NCBI RefSeq assembly: GCF_011045215.1
Contig: NZ_CP049201.1
DNA: 64,000 nt
Direction: 5' to 3' (one strand)
Origin: Escherichia coli
GTDB taxonomy: Bacteria; Pseudomonadota; Gammaproteobacteria; Enterobacterales; Enterobacteriaceae
Numbering within the stretch: the stretch's first letter is position 1; every line of letters begins with the position of its first letter. The notes under the pieces are model-generated. The model made no database searches. It was not told the origin of the DNA and worked only from the letters and a program-made list of their open reading frames with translations. Shown here piece by piece: positions 16,742-26,741 of the stretch. The translations under genes were made by a program, and so were the position numbers.

Positions 16742-16903
16742 CACCTGCGGGACCGAGCCGACCAGCACCACGATTATTTTATCCTCCATTAAGGGGTGAA
16801 TTAAAAATGGAGACCAACACGCTGCTACGTGTGGTCGTGCGCCGGACACGGATAACCTTCCGGCATGCTCTTTAACAATCTGGATATCCACAACAGCAAT
16901 AAC

Positions 16904-17539
16904 CTACGGATTGCTGCTCAATGCTCTACCTATCTCTTCTTCAGATGGGGGCGGTATATAGTCATCATTGCGTTCAAATTTAAAGCGCGAATCACATTTC
17001 AGGCATTTAGAAATATGGAACTTATCATGCTCACCAATTTCAACAGGTTGAAGTATTGCTATTACACCATGCTGATAGCAATTGGGACAGGCATAGTGAA
17101 AACATGTGTCTTCTTCGTCGAGGCTGTTCCTGAAAGCATAGACAAAATGCCCAAAACCAGTTTTGTGTATCGTATAGCATTCAAGTTTTCGATTACGCTC
17201 GTCAATTTCATGACATTTTTACTTAAGCAAGAGTATTTCCTCGTACTGAAGCGCGAGCGTTTTCGCTAGCTCTGCGTTCTGTATTTGTAAGTCTGCCAGT
17301 TGGCGACGCATTTCGTAGACAGCCTTTTCACGTTCAGATTGGCTTTTTGCATCAAGTATTACCTGTAATAAATCAATCGAGACTTTAATTGCCGTTATTG
17401 ATGAAGTTATTCCAGATAGCATTCTTAACTCTCTTTGTTGTTGGGGTATCCGGATTATACAAAATTCTTGTTGTTGGGGAACAACAGGAACCACCTCGCC
17501 TGATGTGGTTAAAAGCAGGCACACAACACGAAAGCGCAC
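16904..17539 (-). pseudogene. coiled-coil/zinc-ribbon gene interrupted by an in-frame TAA
   Basis: Track ORF 17219..17539 ends at TAA (17219-17221); the same frame continues 104 codons to TAG at 16904-16906 with no ATG/GTG start and CPNC...CLKC zinc-ribbon motifs. Confidence 0.4.
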
Positions 17540-17984
17540 GGCGAAGGTTTCTTTTCCTTAGAAGGCTTGTCGTTAGATTTCTTCGGCCGTGCGCTTCCGG
17601 TTGTGGCAATCCGCGAAATGGCGCGGCGGTAAGTATGGCGGGGTTATCCTTACCCCCACTGGTAGCACCGGGTTGTCAGGTTGACCATACGCTTAAGTGA
17701 CAACCCCGCTACAACATCTCCATGTTGAGGCTTGTGTGAGACCTTTGGCGGCATCAGTTTAATTGCTGGCTGATGTCCGCCCTTTTTAAAGTGAATTTTG
17801 TGATGTGGTGAATGCGGCTAAGCGCACGCGGAACAGTTAAAAGACCATTTGTTCTCCGTATCAATACTTATGGGTAGGTACTTGCAGGCGGGTCCCTGTA
17901 TTCCGGCGTTAATTGTTAACTGGTTAACGTCACCTGGAGGCACCAGGCACCGCATCACAAAATTCATTGTTGAGGACGCGATAA

Positions 17985-18172
17985 TGGAAACGTTATTACT
18001 CAATTCCACTACGCCTGAGACTCGTTTTGAAATTGGCGTTATCACTGGCGATAAAAACTTTATTGAGGATGCCATTAATCAGATAAAGCATGAGCCAGAT
18101 TCATCAAATGAGATATGCATTGCTTCAATGCTGGCCCGTTTACGCCCGACGCAAAAAGGATGCTGGCAATGA
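17985..18172 (+). CDS. hypothetical small protein
   Basis: 62-aa ORF from internal ATG with GAGGA 7 nt upstream. Confidence 0.35.
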
Positions 18173-18372
18173 ATACCACATTTGCACTTGTTCTGACGGT
18201 TTTTCTTGTTTCCGGTGAACCAGTTGACATGGTTATTGGCGTATACAGCTCAATGAAAGAATGCATGGCTGCCGCAGATGAACAGAAAATTCCCGGTAAC
18301 TGTTATCCGGTCGATAAAGTTATTCACCAGGATAATAACGAAATCCCGGCAGGACTTAAAACAGCGCCGTAA
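18169..18372 (+). CDS. small protein with N-terminal signal/lipoprotein-like segment
   Basis: 67 aa (MNTTFALVLTVFLVSGEP...); ATG overlaps upstream TGA. Confidence 0.4.
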   Translation: MNTTFALVLTVFLVSGEPVDMVIGVYSSMKECMAAADEQKIPGNCYPVDKVIHQDNNEIPAGLKTAP

Positions 18373-18449
18373 TTGATATTCGGTTTCATTTTTATATGTC
18401 AGCAATGACAGGGATTTGTTCACCCTTAAATCTGTAATGAGGTTTATCA

Positions 18450-20885
18450 ATGAGCACTGATAAAGAAGAATTTGCATTATATTGTGAAGCAAAAAATGAC
18501 AAAGTCAGAAAACGCCTTGGAATTAAAGGTGGTTTTTACTGGACTACAGCAAAAAAATTATCTGTTGCCATCTCCCGCTGCATTACCGCAATGGATGACA
18601 ACGATTATGATGAAGACGACTTTAAAAAACCCGTCCGCGTCCATTTACCCGTTGTGAATGACCTTCCACCTGAAGGCGTGTTTGATACTGAATTCTGTAA
18701 CCGTTACGAAAAAGGCGGGGAAGATGGCATCACAATGGTATTTATCGCGCCCTCACCCTCTGCGCAGGACAAACCAGCCAACATTGACAATACCAACGTC
18801 AACGGCGAAGACATGACTGAGATTGAGGAGAACATGCTCCTGCCGGTTTCAGGTCAGATTCTGCCTGTTCGATGGCTGGCACAGCACGGCAGCAAAAAAC
18901 CGATCACACACGTTTCGCGGGACGAACTGCGCGCATTACATAACGCACAGGATGAAAAACTTCCCGCCGTTACCGCGCTGGCTATCTCAAATAAAGCAGC
19001 GCAACTCGAACCGCTGGAGATTCGCGATCTCCACAAACTGGTGCGAGACACTGACAAAGTTTTCCCCGCCCCCGTAAATTCGGACCTGGGACTGATAACC
19101 TCTTTTATCGAAGCATACCTAGACGCCGACTACACCGATCGCGGTCTGCTGACAAAAGAGTGGATGAAAGGAAATCGTGTTTCGCGTATCACCCGTACGG
19201 CTTCCGGTGCAAATGCCGGTGGCGGGAACAAAACCGATCGCAATCCGAATTTAGTACACACCTTCGATACGCTGGATGTGGAGATTGCAACAGCCACACT
19301 TCCGATGGATTTTAATATTTATGAAATTCCGGGCAGCGTTTATCGTCGCGCAAAAGAAATCGTCCTGAAAAGAGAAAGTCCGTTCAAAGAATGGTCCGCA
19401 GCACTTCGCGCAACCCCGGGTATTCTGGATTATTCCCGCGCCGCTATTTTTGCACTTATCCGGAGCGCTCACCCTGAGTTTTATCACTACCCGGGACGCC
19501 TTCAGGGGTATATCAACGCCCACTTAACGGAGACTGATCACGAGAACCCCAGCAAGGAAACTCTCACTGCTGCACGACATACACCGGAAAAAGACATCCT
19601 GGAAGAAGTTAACCGCGAACTGGCTGCTGAACGCGAAACAGAAGAAGAAAAAAATAATGAGGAAAAATCACAACCGTCTGACGCAATGGCAGATGAACAG
19701 GCAACGACTGAAGCAATGGGACAGGATACAACTGAATATCGCCAGGACACACAATCGCTGGATACTCAGGCACAGATAAATCCGGTTAATCAGGTAAAAG
19801 TTACCGCTGACGAAGTAAACAAAATTATGCAGGCAGCCAATATCAACCAGCCTGATGCCGACAAAATACTGGCAGTCCATCGCGGTGAATTCGTTGACGG
19901 AATTAGCGACCCGAATGATCCGAAATGGGTTAAGGGGATTGAAACCCGCGATTCTGTGAACCAGAACCAGCCCGAATCGGAACAAAACAGCCAAAATGCG
20001 TTACAAAACGAGCCAGAAACGAAACAGCCTGAACCAGAAGAGCAACAAGAACCGGAAAAAGTCTGCACCGCCTGCGGTCAGACCGGCGGCGGCAACTGTC
20101 CTGACTGTGGCGCGGTGATGGGCGACGCAACATACCAGGAAACATTCGATGAAAAAAATCAGGCTGAAGTTCAGGAAGATGATCCGGAGGAAATGGAAGG
20201 CGCTGAACATCCGAACAATGAGAATGCTGGTAACGATCAGTATCACGCCAGCGATAGTGAAACTGGCGAGGCGACAGATCCCTTAATTAATGTGAACGGT
20301 CATCACGAAATCACATCCACCAGCAGTACGTGTGACCATCTAATGATCGACCTTGAAACCATGGGAAAAAATCCTGATGCCCCGATTATCTCAATAGGTG
20401 CAATATTTTTCGATCCGCAAACCGGAGATATGGGACCGGAATTTAGTAAGACTATAGATCTGGAAACAGCTGGCGGAGTCATTGATCGTGACACCATTAA
20501 ATGGTGGCTTAAGCAATCACGCGAGGCGCAATCTGCCATTCTGACCGATGAAATCCCGTTAGATGATGCACTGTTGCAATTGCGGGAATTTATCGACGAA
20601 AACTCCGGCGAATTTTTTGTTCGTGTCTGGGGAAATGGAGCCAGCTTCGACAACGTAATTTTACGCCGTTCATATGAACGGCAGGGGATCCCCTGCCCGT
20701 GGCGTTACTACAACGATCGCGATGTACGCACAATTCTTGAACTGGGAAAAGCCATAGACTTCGATGCCAGAACGGCTATTCCATTCGAAGGCGTACCCCA
20801 CAATGCGCTGGACGATGCCCGTCACCAGGCAAAACAAGTTTCAGCTATCTGGCAAAACCTGATCCCGAGTCAGGCTGATTTTTAA
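18450..20885 (+). CDS. large phage exonuclease-like protein (C-terminal DnaQ/DEDDh-like 3'-5' exonuclease, acidic linker, zinc ribbon)
   Basis: 811 aa; C-terminus LMIDLETMG...WGNGASFDN...HNALDDARH fits DEDDh motifs; CTACGQTGGGNCPDCG zinc ribbon; E/Q-rich low-complexity centre. Confidence 0.7.
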   Translation: MSTDKEEFALYCEAKNDKVRKRLGIKGGFYWTTAKKLSVAISRCITAMDDNDYDEDDFKKPVRVHLPVVNDLPPEGVFDTEFCNRYEKGGEDGITMVFIAPSPSAQDKPANIDNTNVNGEDMTEIEENMLLPVSGQILPVRWLAQHGSKKPITHVSRDELRALHNAQDEKLPAVTALAISNKAAQLEPLEIRDLHKLVRDTDKVFPAPVNSDLGLITSFIEAYLDADYTDRGLLTKEWMKGNRVSRITRTASGANAGGGNKTDRNPNLVHTFDTLDVEIATATLPMDFNIYEIPGSVYRRAKEIVLKRESPFKEWSAALRATPGILDYSRAAIFALIRSAHPEFYHYPGRLQGYINAHLTETDHENPSKETLTAARHTPEKDILEEVNRELAAERETEEEKNNEEKSQPSDAMADEQATTEAMGQDTTEYRQDTQSLDTQAQINPVNQVKVTADEVNKIMQAANINQPDADKILAVHRGEFVDGISDPNDPKWVKGIETRDSVNQNQPESEQNSQNALQNEPETKQPEPEEQQEPEKVCTACGQTGGGNCPDCGAVMGDATYQETFDEKNQAEVQEDDPEEMEGAEHPNNENAGNDQYHASDSETGEATDPLINVNGHHEITSTSSTCDHLMIDLETMGKNPDAPIISIGAIFFDPQTGDMGPEFSKTIDLETAGGVIDRDTIKWWLKQSREAQSAILTDEIPLDDALLQLREFIDENSGEFFVRVWGNGASFDNVILRRSYERQGIPCPWRYYNDRDVRTILELGKAIDFDARTAIPFEGVPHNALDDARHQAKQVSAIWQNLIPSQADF

Positions 20886-20949
20886 TGTTCAACCCCGGTC
20901 GTCGCCCACTAGCTATAGTGGTGGCGACCATGATTAGCGAACGACGCTC

Positions 20950-21198
20950 ATGGCAAGACTTATTCTGCTCACTGAGTGGGCAAAAGAGGAATTCAGCGAT
21001 CCGGTCCCTACTCCGGGCACGTTAAGTAAATACGCTAAAGCCGGAATGATATTTCCTCTCCCCAAAAAAGTTGGAAGACACTGGCGAGTGGATCCACGAG
21101 CTCGCTTTGTCGGAATGGTAAACAAGCCGGAGGTGATCGCCACAGATCACCCTGCTTTGAAGAGGATACTGGAAGATGGCGCGCCCGCGAAAATATAA
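20950..21198 (+). CDS. xis: excisionase (lambda Xis-like)
   Basis: 82 aa, overlaps int start as in lambda; GMIFPLPKKVGRHWRVDPRARFVG resembles lambda Xis. Confidence 0.7.
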   Translation: MARLILLTEWAKEEFSDPVPTPGTLSKYAKAGMIFPLPKKVGRHWRVDPRARFVGMVNKPEVIATDHPALKRILEDGAPAKI

Positions 21199-22306
21199 AA
21201 CCGAAGTTCCGGGACTATCTCCGTATTTTGACAAAAGAAATAACAAAGTTTACTGGCGTTACAGGCATCCCATAACAGGCAAAAATCACGGTCTCGGCAG
21301 TATTGACCAGAAACTGGCAGAAACTATTGCAGCAGAAGCGAACAGCCGTCTTGCCAGGCAGCAAATGGAACAAATGCTCAGTCTGCAGGAGAAAATTATT
21401 AATGATACCGGCGGTTCATCAACCGTTTCCATTTTTCTGAATAATTACAGAAAAATTCAACAGGAAAGATATGAAAACGGAGAGATCAAACTCAACACGC
21501 TGAAACAAAAAGCGGCCCCTCTCAGGGTATTTGATGAACGTTTTGGCACCAGACCGTTAGATGCCATAACTGTAAAAGATGTGGTATCGGTGCTGGAAGA
21601 GTACAAGGCCAGAGGACATAACAGAATGGGGCAAATTTTCAGGAAGGTACTGATCGATGTTTTCCGGGAAGCTCAGCAAACAGGCGATGTTCCGCCAGGC
21701 TTTAACCCTGCAGAATCGGCAAAAAAACCGCAGGTGCGGATATCAAGACAGCGACTGACTTTTGATGAGTGGATGATGATTTATAACGCAGCGGAAAAGG
21801 ATGGTTACTTTTTACAGCGCGGCATGCTGCTGGCACTGATGACAGGCCAGCGCCTTTCAGATATTTGCAAAATGCAATTTTCGGATATCCGGGATGGTTA
21901 TCTTCATGTCGAACAGCAAAAAACAGGAACCCGGATTGCCATCCCTCTTGCTCTGCGTTGCAATAAATTAAATCTCACCCTGGATGATGTGGTGTCATCC
22001 TGTCGCGATTGCGTTCTTAGTCCGTGGCTATTGCACCACCATCATGCGAAAGGGACAGCCAAGCGCGGCGGGATGGTTAAGCCAGCAACGTTAACAGTTG
22101 CATTTAAAAAAGCGCGGGATTCTGTGGATTACAACTGGCGTGCTAATGGCACCCCACCCTCTTTCCATGAGCAGAGATCTTTATCAGAGCGATTGTTCAG
22201 AGAGCAGGGAATTGATACCCAAATTTTGCTGGGTCATTCGAATCAAAAAATGACCGATATTTACAACGATGCACGCGGCAAGGAGTGGAAAAAACTGGTC
22301 ATTTGA
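21176..22306 (+). CDS. int: tyrosine integrase (lambda Int family)
   Basis: 376 aa; LTFDEWMMIYNAA...LALMTGQRLSDICKMQFSDIRDGYLHVEQQKTGTRIAIPLAL aligns with remembered lambda Int catalytic region. Confidence 0.9.
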   Translation: MARPRKYKTEVPGLSPYFDKRNNKVYWRYRHPITGKNHGLGSIDQKLAETIAAEANSRLARQQMEQMLSLQEKIINDTGGSSTVSIFLNNYRKIQQERYENGEIKLNTLKQKAAPLRVFDERFGTRPLDAITVKDVVSVLEEYKARGHNRMGQIFRKVLIDVFREAQQTGDVPPGFNPAESAKKPQVRISRQRLTFDEWMMIYNAAEKDGYFLQRGMLLALMTGQRLSDICKMQFSDIRDGYLHVEQQKTGTRIAIPLALRCNKLNLTLDDVVSSCRDCVLSPWLLHHHHAKGTAKRGGMVKPATLTVAFKKARDSVDYNWRANGTPPSFHEQRSLSERLFREQGIDTQILLGHSNQKMTDIYNDARGKEWKKLVI

Positions 22307-22313
22307 TGACCAG

Positions 22314-22347
22314 TTTTGCAGAGGAGTTTTGCAGAGATTTTGCAGAG
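22314..22347. repeat. three direct TTTTGCAGAG repeats between int stop and ompW stop (att arm region)
   Basis: Copies at 22314-22323, 22327-22336, 22338-22347. Confidence 0.6.
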
Positions 22348-22351
22348 AAAA

Positions 22352-22990
22352 TTAAAAGCGGTACCCGGCAGAGAACATAAACACCCACGGATCCAGTCGT
22401 ACCGCGTCTTTCACGGGTGTTCCGTTAGATTTATAGCTGGCTGTGGTATCGATATCCATGTACCACACTGACATGTTAACCAACCAGTCACGGTTAATCA
22501 GATAATCAACCCCCACCTGCCCGGCAGCTCCCCAGGAATCTTTCAGACTGAGATCGGAAAGCCCCGCCTCTTTGCCATGATCGTTAAATCCATTATCAAA
22601 GAAGGTGGTGTAGTTAATACCTGCCCCAACATAAGGACGGAATTTGCTGCTGGCATCACCAAAATACCACTGCGCCATCAGTGTTGGCGGCAGATGATGA
22701 ACGGTTGCAATATCGCCGGTCGCCCGGGTGCCGATTTTATGGCGGAACGGCGTCGCTGCCAGTAATTCCACACCAATGTTGTCGGTCGCCATATAAGTAA
22801 ACGTCAGGCCCAGTTGAGTGTTATTGGTCACGCTGAATCCACCCAGACTTCCTAACGTACCACCAGCACCTTCTGTTGGACGTACGGTTGCAGAACCTGC
22901 ACGCATAAAAAATTCGCCTGCTTCATGCGCAAAGGCACTGCCAGAGAGAAGAGTTGTTACTGCCAAAGCCGCCACTGTTAACTTTTTCAT
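22352..22990 (-). CDS. ompW: outer membrane protein W
   Basis: 212 aa with signal peptide; matches E. coli OmpW. Confidence 0.95.
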   Translation of the reverse strand: MKKLTVAALAVTTLLSGSAFAHEAGEFFMRAGSATVRPTEGAGGTLGSLGGFSVTNNTQLGLTFTYMATDNIGVELLAATPFRHKIGTRATGDIATVHHLPPTLMAQWYFGDASSKFRPYVGAGINYTTFFDNGFNDHGKEAGLSDLSLKDSWGAAGQVGVDYLINRDWLVNMSVWYMDIDTTASYKSNGTPVKDAVRLDPWVFMFSAGYRF

Positions 22991-23346
22991 ATCCGCTCCG
23001 TCGTTATGGTTATAAAAACGTGACGAATATACCTACATTGGAGTAACAAATGATCCTACATAGATCACATTACATATGATAATTCACCATTTATTGATCT
23101 GGATTAATTTAGAAGTTGCATTGAGAATCCTGGTTAACGTGATTTAAATCAATTTTTAAATATTTTCGCTACGCAAATATTAACTCGTTCGCCACTTGCC
23201 GCGGTTTGCCCACGCCTGAAGGCCAGCAATTACCTCCGCTTTACAAAGATATGCTTTTCCATACAAGACCTGATGCTGCCACCCGAGGCTTAACCAGGGT
23301 ACAATTGCCCGCTAATTAACACCTGCATAAAACTCAAGGAGAGTGC

Positions 23347-24090
23347 ATGTCTATCACGGCGCAGTCCGTATACCGTGACACCGGAAATTTCTTCCGTAAT
23401 CAATTTATGACCATTCTGTTGGTATCGTTGCTATGTGCGTTTATCACAGTGGTGTTAGGGCATGTTTTCTCACCCAGTGATGCACAGCTTGCGCAGCTCA
23501 ATGACGGCGTGCCCGTTAGCGGCAGTAGTGGGTTGTTCGACCTGGTTCAGAATATGTCACCGGAACAGCAACAAATTTTGCTGCAGGCTTCAGCGGCGTC
23601 CACTTTTTCAGGATTAATCGGTAACGCCATTCTCGCCGGAGGCGTAATATTAATTATCCAGCTGGTGTCTGCGGGTCAGAGAGTCAGTGCGCTGCGAGCT
23701 ATTGGTGCCAGTGCGCCGATATTGCCAAAGTTATTTATTCTGATTTTTCTGACTACCCTTTTAGTACAGATTGGCATCATGCTGGTGGTCGTTCCGGGAA
23801 TTATCATGGCCATATTACTGGCCCTGGCACCGGTGATGTTGGTACAGGACAAAATGGGCGTTTTTGCCTCGATGCGTAGCAGTATGCGGCTGACTTGGGC
23901 GAATATGCGTCTGGTGGCACCCGCAGTACTGAGCTGGTTGCTGGCAAAAACACTGTTGCTGCTTTTTGCCTCTTCTTTTGCCGCATTAACCCCGGAAATT
24001 GGTGCCGTACTGGCGAACACCTTGAGCAACCTGATTTCAGCCATATTGCTCATCTATCTGTTCCGCCTGTATATGTTGATTCGCCAATAA
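23347..24090 (+). CDS. yciC: UPF0259 inner membrane protein YciC
   Basis: 247-aa polytopic membrane ORF in conserved position. Confidence 0.9.
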
Positions 24091-24119
24091 CCTTAAGCAT
24101 TTGATTACGGAATCGTAAA

Positions 24120-24659
24120 ATGAAGCAGTTTCTTGATTTTTTACCGCTGGTTGTCTTTTTCGCGTTTTACAAGATTTATGACATCTATGCGGCTACTGCG
24201 GCGCTGATCGTCGCCACGGCGATTGTGCTTATCTATAGCTGGGTTCGCTTTCGTAAGGTTGAGAAGATGGCCCTGATCACTTTTGTTCTGGTGGTCGTCT
24301 TCGGTGGCTTGACGCTGTTCTTCCACAATGATGAGTTTATAAAATGGAAGGTTACTGTCATTTATGCCCTGTTTGCGGGTGCCCTGTTAGTCAGCCAATG
24401 GGTGATGAAAAAGCCGCTAATTCAGCGGATGCTGGGTAAAGAACTCACGCTGCCGCAACCGGTATGGTCGAAGCTGAATCTGGCCTGGGCTGTTTTCTTT
24501 ATCCTTTGCGGTCTGGCAAACATCTACATCGCATTCTGGCTGCCGCAAAATATTTGGGTCAACTTTAAAGTCTTTGGCCTGACCGCCCTTACCTTAATCT
24601 TCACATTGTTAAGCGGTATCTATATCTACCGCCACATGCCGCAGGAAGATAAATCCTAA
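24120..24659 (+). CDS. yciB: inner membrane protein YciB (intracellular septation protein A family)
   Basis: 179-aa membrane ORF in conserved synteny. Confidence 0.9.
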   Translation: MKQFLDFLPLVVFFAFYKIYDIYAATAALIVATAIVLIYSWVRFRKVEKMALITFVLVVVFGGLTLFFHNDEFIKWKVTVIYALFAGALLVSQWVMKKPLIQRMLGKELTLPQPVWSKLNLAWAVFFILCGLANIYIAFWLPQNIWVNFKVFGLTALTLIFTLLSGIYIYRHMPQEDKS

Positions 24660-24763
24660 CCAGACTGCCAGTCCTTCGGGGCTGGCGCTGTATCTCCTCT
24701 GTTCTCCTCAGGAAAATCATAGTAGCATCGCGCCTGTGATTTTCCTTTTAAGTCGGTTTTACC

Positions 24764-25162
24764 ATGTCTACAACACATAACGTCCCTCAGGGCGATCTTG
24801 TTTTACGTACTTTAGCCATGCCCGCCGATACCAATGCCAATGGTGACATCTTTGGTGGTTGGTTAATGTCACAAATGGATATTGGCGGCGCTATTCTGGC
24901 GAAAGAAATTGCCCACGGTCGCGTAGTGACTGTGCGGGTTGAAGGAATGACTTTCTTACGGCCGGTTGCGGTCGGCGATGTGGTGTGCTGCTATGCACGC
25001 TGTGTCCAGAAAGGGACGACATCGGTCAGCATTAATATTGAAGTGTGGGTGAAAAAAGTAGCGTCTGAACCAATCGGGCAACGCTATAAAGCGACAGAAG
25101 CATTATTTAAGTATGTCGCGGTTGATCCTGAAGGAAAACCTCGCGCCTTACCTGTTGAGTAA
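24764..25162 (+). CDS. yciA: acyl-CoA thioesterase YciA
   Basis: 132-aa hotdog-fold thioesterase in conserved position. Confidence 0.9.
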   Translation: MSTTHNVPQGDLVLRTLAMPADTNANGDIFGGWLMSQMDIGGAILAKEIAHGRVVTVRVEGMTFLRPVAVGDVVCCYARCVQKGTTSVSINIEVWVKKVASEPIGQRYKATEALFKYVAVDPEGKPRALPVE

Positions 25163-25201
25163 TAGTCAAAAGCCTCCGGTCGGAGGCTTTTGACTTTCTG
25201 C

Positions 25202-25921
25202 TTACTGAATTTCGGTGGTGCCGTTAATTTTAAACAGGATATTCACCACAATCCCACTGCCTGGCTTACCCGGCTCATAACGCCATCTGCGCATCGCATT
25301 TTTCACCTCACGCTCAAACATGTTCGCAGGCTTGGCTGAGAGGATTTGTACGTTATCCACGCGACCATCCGGCGTGACGTCAAATTTAACTTTAACCTGC
25401 CCTTCAATGCGCAATGCCTGTGCTCGTGCCGGATACTGCGGCTGATTACGGCTTAATGCGCGTGGTCCTGAAGCCACACTGGTAACCGGCTTGCTGGTTG
25501 CAGCCGTTGCTGTACTTGATGTCGGGCGTGCCGGTGTCGTATTTTCAAACGGTGATGCCGGACGCGACTCTACGGGTTTGACATCGCGTTTTGGCTGCTC
25601 CTGTACCTTTTTCACCGGCTTCGGTTTTGGCTTAGGTTTCGGCTTCGGCTTTTCAATGACCACCGGTGCTTCTTTTGGCGGTTCAGGAATCGGCTCAGGT
25701 TCCGGTTCTGGCTCTACCACCGGCTCCGGTGGCGGCTGAACGGCTTGTGGCGGTTCGAGATCAGCAGGCGCAACCATCGTGACAGAAATCGGCTGCGCAG
25801 GCGCAGGTAGTTCAATAACCTGATGTACCGAGGTATAGAGCAGACCCGCCACAACAGCACCATGAATGCAGACCGAAAGTAACGTCGGCCAGGGGAAGCG
25901 GCGAGGTAAATCAAGGGTCAT
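25202..25921 (-). CDS. tonB: TonB energy transducer
   Basis: Track ORF trimmed to [11 protein letters not shown] start; (EP)n and (KP)n proline-rich repeats. Confidence 0.9.
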   Translation of the reverse strand: MTLDLPRRFPWPTLLSVCIHGAVVAGLLYTSVHQVIELPAPAQPISVTMVAPADLEPPQAVQPPPEPVVEPEPEPEPIPEPPKEAPVVIEKPKPKPKPKPKPVKKVQEQPKRDVKPVESRPASPFENTTPARPTSSTATAATSKPVTSVASGPRALSRNQPQYPARAQALRIEGQVKVKFDVTPDGRVDNVQILSAKPANMFEREVKNAMRRWRYEPGKPGSGIVVNILFKINGTTEIQ

Positions 25922-26144
25922 TGAAGTCATAATCATTTCAGTAGAAAAACCAGGTCTCGATTTTAAATGCAAATAGCAATCATATTCAATAAGGCAAGAC
26001 GATCAGGATCAGTGAAAATGTCATTTTTGGCGTAATTGACCTTACTTTATGCATGGTCTTAACAAAGACATCATCTTTCCGTTGCAGATCTTCGCCCTTT
26101 CAAATAACGTACTTTACAACTTTCCCGAACAAGGAGTTGTGCCC

Positions 26145-26441
26145 GTGTTGTATGTTATTTACGCTCAAGACAAAGCTGATAGCCTCGAAAAACGCCTTTC
26201 CGTTCGTCCGGCACATTTAGCACGTTTACAGTTACTGCATGATGAAGGTCGTTTGTTGACAGCTGGTCCAATGCCAGCGGTAGACAGTAACGATCCAGGG
26301 GCTGCGGGATTTACTGGCTCAACCGTTATTGCTGAATTTGAATCGCTGGAAGCAGCTCAGGCCTGGGCCGATGCTGACCCGTACGTAGCGGCAGGAGTCT
26401 ATGAACACGTTTCAGTGAAACCATTTAAGAAAGTGTTCTGA
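26145..26441 (+). CDS. yciI: YciI-like protein
   Basis: GTG start 8 nt after AAGGAG gives the expected 98-aa product. Confidence 0.8.
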
Positions 26442-26741
26442 GTAGAGATCCAATATTTAAGGGCACGGTTTTTGCAACCGTGTTCTTGTTTGGCCTTTCC
26501 TTATAGGTCGGTCATTGCATTCACCACCACAAGCAGATAATAACTTTATCTGTATTTCTTTATATGATGTGAGCATGTTCAGGAAAAATGCCCTTTCCTG
26601 ACGCAGAGTTGCTCACTCAAAACCTTTGATTACTGCAGATAAAGTCATCTACTATTGTTTAACACATTCACGTGTCGCATGTATGTTCAGAAAATGTGCA
26701 CGTTAAGATAATTAAACAAAATTGTGGTTACAGAGGTATCA

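Larger units (their letters stand above)
1..22351. mobile_element. Lambdoid prophage, integrase-proximal arm (Rac-like early region, Qin/DLP12-like Q region); other end lies beyond window start
   Basis: Contiguous phage modules from lysis cassette to xis-int; lambda-like integrase ends 45 bp from the ompW stop; host K-12-like genes resume at ompW. Confidence 0.85.

Noticed and set aside
16865-17269. 134-aa plus-strand ORF
   Set aside because: Antisense to the interrupted zinc-ribbon gene; F/I/L-rich junk-like translation.
19251-20653. Several 70-116 aa minus-strand ORFs within the exonuclease gene
   Set aside because: All lie antisense within the low-complexity acidic region of the 811-aa gene; S/C/R-rich artefacts.
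20886-20949. Imperfect hairpin between exonuclease and xis
   Set aside because: Stem is only about 5 bp with mismatches and no T-run; not convincing as a terminator.
25491-25739. Gly/Ser-rich plus-strand ORF
   Set aside because: Mirror image of the tonB proline-rich (EP)n/(KP)n repeat region on the opposite strand.
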